In this document: in pieces, positions 57,330 to 64,000 of the stretch
Layout: each line of letters opens with the position of its first letter
Numbering within the stretch: position 1 is the stretch's first letter
From: Candidatus Bathyarchaeota archaeon
Lineage (GTDB): Archaea; Thermoproteota; Bathyarchaeia; 40CM-2-53-6
Length of the DNA stretch: 64,000 nucleotides
Assembly (NCBI GenBank): GCA_963780265.1
Contig: CAWABQ010000031.1
Coordinates: forward strand, 5,126 to 69,125
Direction: 5' to 3'
Position numbers and translations under genes: made by a program
Notes under the pieces: generated by a model
Databases searched by the model: none
What the model saw: the letters and a program-made list of their open reading frames with translations, nothing else
Told to the model about the DNA's origin: nothing

Positions 57330-58905
57330 CCACGGAACACAGGCCGCGTGGATCGTCGAACAACTACTAGATCAAACCCCGGCTACTTTCAGCTATTTCG
57401 GCGCAAGTCCGGCTTACGATGCAGCCTGGGTTCAACAGGTTCTTGCTTTCAACTTCGTACAAGTAGTGGACCCCTACACCATCAACATCAACATCAAGAA
57501 TCCCACAACCCAATTCCCATACTTGCTTTCAAACGAATGGGCGGACATAGTCTCCCCATCGTTCGTTGTGTCCCATGACTTCCCATCAGCTTGCAAGACA
57601 ACTGATTGCCCCTCAGACAGCATAGATTACACAGCCTACTTCAACCACATCGCTGGCCACGGCGAGGTAGCTATGAACTACCTCAACTTGCCCACCAGTG
57701 GTTCCAAGGCGGGAACTGGCCCATACTATATTGACAGCGTTAACCCAACGACTTACGAAGTCGTAATGAAAGCGGCCCCAACCTATTGGGGCGGACCAAA
57801 GAGCTGGACCGGTCCACCTATCGCTGTGTCAGTAAAGACCCTGGACTTCACGTATGTACCAGACTTGTCCACACGATTGCTCGATTCGAAAGCTGGGAAG
57901 GCAAGTGAGATTGGTGTCTCTGCCGCTGACATATACTCAGTCGCAGACAGAACTGAGTGGTTGTCGAACGGCAAGCTTGTTTCTGTCATACCTGGCATCA
58001 CGCTCTATGGACCATACCCACAGTTCGTAAACACATGGTACAGCTTCCTGACAAACGTGACTGATGCGTCAGGATCCCTCCGGAAGTTCCAGCCGTTCGC
58101 CGACGTTCGATGGAGGCTTGCGGTTGCCGACTCCGTGAACATTACCGATGCTGACATTAACATTGCCAACAGACTGTGGACACCTCCGAACCAGATGATC
58201 CCACCAGGAACAGCACCCGCGGGTGCCTACAACCCGGACATTACACCAATCTACAGTTTCGACATCGCGAAGATGACGGCCTTGATCAAGGATGCCTGCG
58301 CTAATCCACTGACCAGCTTTGTTGACGTAAGCGGTAAAGCATACCCGGCAGGGACTGTTGACAACAAATGCGATCCAAAGAACCCGCAGATCATTGAGAT
58401 GTATGTAGCCTCGGCAGGTCAGACTGACCAGCGCATAATGTCCGCGATGGCGGCCAACCTGAACAAAGTAACTACCCCGCTCGGTGTAACCTTTACAATC
58501 GTTCCAGTGCCCGGCGGACAGTACTACACACTCGCCTCGAAACACCAGCTATACTTCTACAGAGCTGGATGGGTGGCTGACTACAACCACCTACTAGACT
58601 GGCTGGGACCAATGTTCCTGTCAACTGGTTCGTATCCAGCTTGGCACAATTTCCACTACCCACAGCTCGACGCCTGGATCCAAGATGCATATGATGCAGA
58701 CGCGAAGGGCGATGTTACCAGGCTCCTTGACGACAACAACAAGATTGAGAACTTTGCCAACCAGATAGTTATGTACATGTACATTGAGTACCCGCTGAAC
58801 TACTTCGTCGAGTCGTCCTTCATACAAGGCTTCTTCTATAACGCAGCAACCAACATAGAATACTACGGTACGTGGACTTACACGACCACACTGACATCGA
58901 CTTAG
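57121..58905 (+). CDS. ABC substrate-binding protein paralogue B, main fragment
   Basis: From about 57296 (LLIMDGTSGTGDHGTQAAWIVEQLL) to the end it is collinear with paralogue A, and a majority of positions look identical by eye. Removing one base in CTTACTC restores LNRLLIMDG. Confidence 0.85.
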   Translation: MRSCYGTTVLAALTSYLGLPTATAKSHQHSTPSSCTRASTSKTEHLSTHKPSGSASTVLLIMDGTSGTGDHGTQAAWIVEQLLDQTPATFSYFGASPAYDAAWVQQVLAFNFVQVVDPYTININIKNPTTQFPYLLSNEWADIVSPSFVVSHDFPSACKTTDCPSDSIDYTAYFNHIAGHGEVAMNYLNLPTSGSKAGTGPYYIDSVNPTTYEVVMKAAPTYWGGPKSWTGPPIAVSVKTLDFTYVPDLSTRLLDSKAGKASEIGVSAADIYSVADRTEWLSNGKLVSVIPGITLYGPYPQFVNTWYSFLTNVTDASGSLRKFQPFADVRWRLAVADSVNITDADINIANRLWTPPNQMIPPGTAPAGAYNPDITPIYSFDIAKMTALIKDACANPLTSFVDVSGKAYPAGTVDNKCDPKNPQIIEMYVASAGQTDQRIMSAMAANLNKVTTPLGVTFTIVPVPGGQYYTLASKHQLYFYRAGWVADYNHLLDWLGPMFLSTGSYPAWHNFHYPQLDAWIQDAYDADAKGDVTRLLDDNNKIENFANQIVMYMYIEYPLNYFVESSFIQGFFYNAATNIEYYGTWTYTTTLTST

Positions 58906-58918
58906 AGGGCTAACAAAG

Positions 58919-58939
58919 TCCTCCTCCCTCCCTTTTTTT
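58919..58939 (+). terminator. C/T-rich tract plus T7 3' of SBP paralogue B
   Basis: GTCCTCCTCCCTCCCTTTTTTT begins 14 nt after the stop codon. Confidence 0.4.
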
Positions 58940-59012
58940 GGAACTAACCGAAAGATATACAGGCACGACAGGCGTCCCTATGGCAATAAATTAAACCGAA
59001 CGTGAATTCGGA

Positions 59013-60050
59013 TTGAAGATTTACGAATATGTAATTAGACGTCTTGCCTTGATGATTTTCGTCCTATTCGGTGTCAGCGCAATAGTCTTCTACTTGGCAA
59101 GGGGTTTTCCGGCAGCGTTCGCCCCGTGGGCACAGTACATAACTTTCAGAATGAAACCTAGCCAGATTGACGCTATAATCAAGGCACACGGATTCGACCA
59201 ACCACTTTACATCCAGTATTGGTTTTGGTTGCAGGATGTTTTTCACGGTGATTGGGGGTTTTCGAATTGGGCAAACGGCCTTCCAACTTACGAGGTATTC
59301 GCCTCGCGGTTTCCATTCACCGTTGAGTTGACTATTGCTGCGGTGATCTTCACCGTTGCGATCGGGGTTCCCCTAGGAATCCTCTCTGCCTTGAAGAATA
59401 ATACAGCGGCGGATCATGCTTCGAGAATAATAGCTCTAACCGGTTACTCGACGCCGTCGTATTGGTTCGCGTACATTTTGCAGCTCGTCTTCTTCTACTA
59501 CTTTTACACATGGGGTCTGCCTAACCTACCGAGCGGAGGCGTCATAAGTCAAGGTCTTTCGGGTGCAGTGCCCGCGGTCACCGGTCTTCCGATCTTAGAC
59601 GGCATAATCGCTGGTAACTTAGCCTACACGGCGGACGCTTTCGCGCATGTAATACTCCCCGCTTTCAATCTCAGTTTCATAAGCTTGGGCTACTTGGCTC
59701 GTATTGTCCGGGCGAGCATGCTTGAAGTTCTTAAACAAGATTACATAATCATGGCGCGCTCCAAGGGGTTGTCTGAGCGAATAGTGATCTACCGACACGC
59801 GCTTCGTAACGCGCTAATTCCCGCGATGACGCTAACGGGCCTCTTCGTTGCCGGTCTGCTTGGCGGGGCTATAATTACTGAAACAGTCTTCTCCTGGCCC
59901 GGTGTTGGTAACGTTTCATTGCGGGCCGTCTTCCAAGGCGACAGCAATTTCATACTTCTCTACACCCTAGTAACTGCACTCATCATCGTTGCATCGAACC
60001 TAATCGTAGATGTCATGTACGTTTTTCTCGACCCGAGGATAAAATATTAG
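59013..60050 (+). CDS. ABC transporter permease (DppB/OppB-like)
   Basis: YVIRRLALMIFVLFG, QDYIIMARSKGLSERIV, multiple TM segments. Confidence 0.9.
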   Translation: MKIYEYVIRRLALMIFVLFGVSAIVFYLARGFPAAFAPWAQYITFRMKPSQIDAIIKAHGFDQPLYIQYWFWLQDVFHGDWGFSNWANGLPTYEVFASRFPFTVELTIAAVIFTVAIGVPLGILSALKNNTAADHASRIIALTGYSTPSYWFAYILQLVFFYYFYTWGLPNLPSGGVISQGLSGAVPAVTGLPILDGIIAGNLAYTADAFAHVILPAFNLSFISLGYLARIVRASMLEVLKQDYIIMARSKGLSERIVIYRHALRNALIPAMTLTGLFVAGLLGGAIITETVFSWPGVGNVSLRAVFQGDSNFILLYTLVTALIIVASNLIVDVMYVFLDPRIKY

Positions 60051-61001
60051 GTGTCAGCATTGACTGAGCAAGCAGTAGTTTCGGACACCAGGCAAAGTGA
60101 GACTAAGGCGAAGCTCGCTGAGCTGAAGTATGCCATTTACCTGATGCGCCAGAATCCCCTTGTCCTGGCGGGCTCGGTTTTAGTAGTCTTCTTTGTTTTG
60201 CTTGCGCTTATAGCGACGCTCGTCGTTAGCCCTGACTCGGCATCACTGCTGAATTTTTCAAGGAGCTACTGTTGGGGTAGTTCCACCTTCTCTTGGACAT
60301 CGCTAGAAGCCATCTGCCCTGCGGGAACCAACCTACCATTGGGAACAGACGGCTTTGGAAGAAGCGTTCTAGACATGATTATCCTGGCTATACCATTGGA
60401 CCTGGCAATCGCCTTTGTAATAGTCATTATAGCGACAGCATTCGGGCTGGCTGTTGGGTCGGTAGCTGGTTGGGTAGGTGGGAAATTCGATGAGGTGGTG
60501 CTCAGAATTACCGACATCTTCTTCGCATTTCCAGGCCTCGTACTGGCGCTTGTCTTCGCAGCGCTTTTCGGGCGGACGATTGAAACACTCACCATTGCAG
60601 TTCTACTGGTCTGGTGGCCAACATATGTCAGGTTAGCGCGAGGCCAGGTCCTAGTTGAAAAGGAGAAGACGTATGTGGAAGCATTGAAGTCGCTAGGAGC
60701 ACACCCATCGCGCATTGTGCTCTTTCACGTTATTCCAAATTCAATTTACCCCATAATCGTTCAAATGTCGCTTGACATCGGTGGCGTCATCCTGACCTTT
60801 TCGGCGTTAATGTTTCTAGGATTCTCACCTAGCCCCACACTTCCTGAGCTAGGTAACCTCGCATCAGACGGCATCGGCCACGTCTTCACAGCGCCATGGC
60901 TTATCGTGTTCCCGGGGCTCACAATTCTCGTAATCGCCTTGGCCTTCAACTTGGTGGGCGATGGCCTCAGGGACATTCTTGACCCGAGGCTTAGGCGGTG
61001 A
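60051..61001 (+). CDS. ABC transporter permease (DppC/OppC-like)
   Basis: PLGTDGFGRSVLD, KTYVEALKSLGAHP, multiple TM segments. GTG start directly after the previous stop. Confidence 0.9.
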   Translation: MSALTEQAVVSDTRQSETKAKLAELKYAIYLMRQNPLVLAGSVLVVFFVLLALIATLVVSPDSASLLNFSRSYCWGSSTFSWTSLEAICPAGTNLPLGTDGFGRSVLDMIILAIPLDLAIAFVIVIIATAFGLAVGSVAGWVGGKFDEVVLRITDIFFAFPGLVLALVFAALFGRTIETLTIAVLLVWWPTYVRLARGQVLVEKEKTYVEALKSLGAHPSRIVLFHVIPNSIYPIIVQMSLDIGGVILTFSALMFLGFSPSPTLPELGNLASDGIGHVFTAPWLIVFPGLTILVIALAFNLVGDGLRDILDPRLRR

Positions 61002-61005
61002 GGAC

Positions 61006-62094
61006 ATGGCGGCCAAGGAAGAAGCTCTCCTCGAAACACGCGATTTGACGGTGAACTTTCACACATACCGTGGCGAGGTAAAAGCCCTAGATCACGTACA
61101 ACTAAGTCTCTATCCCCACGAGATGCTTGCACTGGTGGGTGAGTCGGGCTGCGGAAAATCCGTTACAGCCCTTACGATCCTCGGCCTCCTCCCCCAAAAT
61201 GCTCACGTATTGGAAGGCCAAGTGCTGTTCAAGGGTGAGGACCTGCTTAAGAAAACTCCTGAACAAATGCAGGAGGTTCGAGCGGAGGGAATCGCGGCAA
61301 TCTTTCAGGATCCTATGACCTTTCTCAATCCCGTCCTCACCGTCGGCGTTCAGCTGAAAGAAGCTTTCCTGGTACAGAAGCACATCTGGACAGCAGAAAC
61401 ACGCGACATGTCAGCGACGGGAACCGCGGATTCCGAAATCAGGGGGTTCTTGCTGGAGAAGGAAAGTAAGAAAGAAAGTTCGAAACGAGAATCCGGGAGA
61501 GAAAGAGGGAAAATAGTTGAAGAGCTATCAAAAGACATACTGAAACTTGTGCGGCTTCCGGACCCTGAGCGAATACTAACTCAATATCCACATGAATTGT
61601 CAGGGGGGATGCGCCAGCGGTGCATGATCGCGATGGCTTTGGCGAGGCGACCTTCTATCATCGTTGCGGACGAGATCACAACTGCCCTTGATGTTACCGT
61701 ACAAGCTCAAATATTGACTCTGCTTAAGGAGCTAAGAGATACTATCGACGCTTCTTCGATTCTCATAACGCATGACTTGTCGGTCGCGGCGGAAACTGCG
61801 GACAGAATTGCTGTCATGTACGCCGGCCACGTAGTGGAAGTCGCGTCCACAATTGAGCTGTTTAGAAACCCCTTGCACCCATATACTCAACTACTGTTGA
61901 AATGCATCCCTGACGTGAGGAAACCAGTAGCGCACCTTGAATCCATCAGCGGTACCGTTCCCGACCTAATCGATCCACCCACTGGGTGTAGATTTCATCC
62001 ACGCTGCCCGTTTGCGATGGAGGTCTGCCGGACAACCAAGCCGGTTCTAAAGGACATTGGAAACGGTCACATGGTCCACTGCCACCTATATTGA
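61006..62094 (+). CDS. ABC transporter ATP-binding protein (OppD-like) with low-complexity insertion
   Basis: GESGCGKSV, LSGGMRQR, IIVADEITTALD, CRFHPRCP. ATG 61006 follows the permease stop. A Lys/Glu/Ser-rich insert precedes the signature motif. Confidence 0.9.
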   Translation: MAAKEEALLETRDLTVNFHTYRGEVKALDHVQLSLYPHEMLALVGESGCGKSVTALTILGLLPQNAHVLEGQVLFKGEDLLKKTPEQMQEVRAEGIAAIFQDPMTFLNPVLTVGVQLKEAFLVQKHIWTAETRDMSATGTADSEIRGFLLEKESKKESSKRESGRERGKIVEELSKDILKLVRLPDPERILTQYPHELSGGMRQRCMIAMALARRPSIIVADEITTALDVTVQAQILTLLKELRDTIDASSILITHDLSVAAETADRIAVMYAGHVVEVASTIELFRNPLHPYTQLLLKCIPDVRKPVAHLESISGTVPDLIDPPTGCRFHPRCPFAMEVCRTTKPVLKDIGNGHMVHCHLY

Positions 62095-62103
62095 GGATGC
62101 ACC

Positions 62104-62457
62104 TTGCCAGACGAAATACTAGTCGTAAAGGACCTAAAGACCTGGTTCCCCATTAGGGCCGGGATACTTCAGAAAACCGTAGCCCACGTCCGAGCTGTTG
62201 ACGGCGTGGACCTTGAAGTAAGGAAAGGCGAAACTTTCGGCTTAGTCGGCGAATCTGGTTCAGGTAAGACGACGCTTGGAAAGAGCGTCCTCAGACTGAT
62301 CAAGCCCACCGACGGTCAAGTATACTTCGACGGCATCGATGTGACGAAGGCCAGCAAGAAGGAACTCACGCACCTCCGACGCCGCATGCAATTTATTTTC
62401 CAAGATCCATACGCCGTCCCTCGACCCGAGGCAGACCGTAGGCTCAACCCTTGTTGA
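62104..62457 (+). CDS. ABC transporter ATP-binding protein (OppF-like), N-terminal fragment (frame break near 62413-62417)
   Basis: [18 protein letters not shown], then out of frame. Confidence 0.85.
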   Translation: MPDEILVVKDLKTWFPIRAGILQKTVAHVRAVDGVDLEVRKGETFGLVGESGSGKTTLGKSVLRLIKPTDGQVYFDGIDVTKASKKELTHLRRRMQFIFQDPYAVPRPEADRRLNPC

Positions 62458-62461
62458 GCCC

Positions 62462-63124
62462 ATGAAGATACACAAACTCGTATCATCTAAAGCAGAGGCT
62501 ATGAAACGAGCCAAGGAACTTCTACTTAGAGTAGGCCTCAACGAAGAACACCTCTTTCGTTTCCCTCATGAGTTCAGCGGTGGACAGAGGCAGAGAATCG
62601 CCGTTGCGCGAGCGTTGGCAGTTGACCCAGATTTTATTGTGCTGGATGAGCCCACATCATTCCTTGACGTCTCAGTGCAAGCGCAAGTGCTGGACTTGCT
62701 CAAAGAATTGCAGAAAGAGCTGGGCCTCACCTACGTCTTTATCTCGCATAACCTAAGCGTTGTTCAATACATGAGTGACCGAGTGGGCGTGATGTATCTG
62801 GGGAAACTTGTGGAGGACGCTGAACGTGATGTGCTTTACAAGTATCCTGAGCATCCCTACAGTTACTTTTTGATGGCAGCAATACCGGTACCGGATCCCG
62901 AATACAAGAAACCTTCAAAACTCTTAACGGGAGATGTCCCAAGCCCAGTTAACATACCACCCGGATGCCGATTTAACCCCCGCTGCCCGTACGCCACTGA
63001 CAAATGCCGGTCAGGCGATATGCCATTTTACACAGGCTCTGGCGGTAGCTATCACCGTGTTGCTTGCCACTACAAAATCGATTTCGATAGCGGAAACGAA
63101 GTTCTTCGGCCCCAGATGAGCTGA
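62462..63124 (+). CDS. ABC transporter ATP-binding protein (OppF-like), C-terminal fragment
   Basis: The upstream in-frame sequence [15 protein letters not shown] joins QDPYA if one base is removed. FSGGQRQR, IVLDEPTSFLD, CRFNPRCP. Confidence 0.85.
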   Translation: MKIHKLVSSKAEAMKRAKELLLRVGLNEEHLFRFPHEFSGGQRQRIAVARALAVDPDFIVLDEPTSFLDVSVQAQVLDLLKELQKELGLTYVFISHNLSVVQYMSDRVGVMYLGKLVEDAERDVLYKYPEHPYSYFLMAAIPVPDPEYKKPSKLLTGDVPSPVNIPPGCRFNPRCPYATDKCRSGDMPFYTGSGGSYHRVACHYKIDFDSGNEVLRPQMS

Positions 63125-63153
63125 TGGCGAATATTCCCTGAATTAGGCCTGAA

Positions 63154-63612
63154 CTAAGAATCGGCGGTACGAGAACGCCGATAAGCTACTACCATAAGCG
63201 TGGCAAACGCCACGGCCAGGCTGCGGCGCTTCCCCAGAACAATGCCCTGAGTAAGAGACGCAGTGTGAAAGCTCAGGAGCGCTAGCTGGGTAAGGTTCCA
63301 GGCCATAATGAGTGCGAAGGCGGTTGAAAGTAAGTAGCCCCCCCTTCTCGGATTTGGAACCGTCCTCGCGAACAGAACTATCGCTAGCGAAGAAAGCAGC
63401 TTCGCTGCAACAAAGAGAGTTGGTCCGGCGCTCAAGACTAAGGGATTGATTTCGTAATTCCAACTTGCAATTGTAATCGAAGCATCAAACGTGTTCAAGC
63501 ATACGGCTGCATCAAACAAGATAGCCCTTTGGCTTGGCTTCCTGCCCATCCCGGCCCAGAGCATCGCGACGCCAATGAACACAATTAACAAGCCTTCAAG
63601 ATGCCCAGCCAC
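63154..63612 (-). CDS. hypothetical integral membrane protein
   Basis: 152 aa with four or five hydrophobic helices. No family recognised with confidence. Confidence 0.5.
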   Translation of the reverse strand: MAGHLEGLLIVFIGVAMLWAGMGRKPSQRAILFDAAVCLNTFDASITIASWNYEINPLVLSAGPTLFVAAKLLSSLAIVLFARTVPNPRRGGYLLSTAFALIMAWNLTQLALLSFHTASLTQGIVLGKRRSLAVAFATLMVVAYRRSRTADS

Positions 63613-63829
63613 AAAGGCCCCAAACCCCCTACAACGAAGAGCAAGCCGAGGAGAACAGTCCTATGGCCGCTGGCGCCATGACTCTTTCCATTGTTGAATG
63701 CAACTTGCCGCCACGATTTGATTAACCTGCCGTAACCCTAAAGCAAATCAACCAGAACTCTCAAGGCCATTGAACCGAATCGAGAAATGCGATTAGTTGG
63801 CTTATATTACGGGCTGGCCTCTTCAACGC

Positions 63830-64000
63830 GTGAAGTGGAGTTCACCCTCCTTGACAGGTGACGACGAAATCCGGAACGAGAATGACGTCCACTTACAGTG
63901 GCGAGACTACCTCGCAATCACGATCGCATCATTCGAAACGACATTATTGCCGATCCTAGTTACCGTCCTAGTGTTGTTACTCGTCGTCCTTCTGTTAAGA
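63830..64000 (+). CDS. partial ORF running off the window end (hypothetical membrane protein)
   Basis: GTG 63830 lies 21 nt after TTATATTA (63802..63809). The frame is open to the window end and includes the hydrophobic LLPILVTVLVLLLVVLLL. Confidence 0.3.
   Translation, partial: MKWSSPSLTGDDEIRNENDVHLQWRDYLAITIASFETTLLPILVTVLVLLLVVLLLR

Noticed and set aside
1-64000. Visual scan for CRISPR arrays, rRNA and tRNA genes: regular direct repeats, GGTTCGAATCC-type T-arms, and long ORF-free structured stretches.
   Set aside because: Nothing convincing was seen. Intergenic regions are short or lack tRNA-like arms. A covariance-model scan would still be needed to exclude small RNAs.

Overview
This window is a gene-dense archaeal chromosome segment of roughly 50% GC. 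It is archaeal because it carries e-type ribosomal proteins, aIF2-gamma, aIF5B, Rpo7/Spt4, the exosome, KEOPS and RNase P protein subunits. I could not assign a lineage by eye.

Content falls into five groups:
1. KEOPS genes: Kae1, Bud32 and two Pcc1-family paralogues.
2. The archaeal exosome superoperon, in the order COG1325, Rpp30, Pop5, PsmA, SBDS, Rrp4, Rrp41, Rrp42, L37Ae, Pcc1. Two surface-protein genes interrupt it.
3. The aIF2-gamma/PIN/Rpo7/Spt4/DUF359 and L7Ae/S28e/L24e/Ndk/aIF5B neighbourhoods. Fourteen ribosomal protein genes are present in total, including an unusual compact L2-S8-L18-L30 operon.
4. Two Opp/Dpp-type ABC transporter operons, the second with tandemly duplicated binding proteins.
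5. A small degraded, rearranged patch at about 34.1-37.5 kb holding a carboxypeptidase fragment, an orphan J-protein, an IS110 remnant and a chimeric ORF.

I saw no rRNA, tRNA or CRISPR array.

The main caveat is that at least a dozen otherwise intact genes are split by single-nucleotide frame breaks. Several are essential (cysS, infB, rpo7, pth2). Most breaks sit in short homopolymers, so I read them mainly as assembly indel errors rather than gene decay. No clear novel multi-gene system was identified. The most unusual signals are the rearranged ribosomal cluster, the Lys/Ala/Glu/Pro-rich extensions on several ribosomal proteins, a catalytically degenerate M6-like surface protein, and a set of Thr/Gln-rich anchored surface proteins, one with a PEF-CTERM-like tail.
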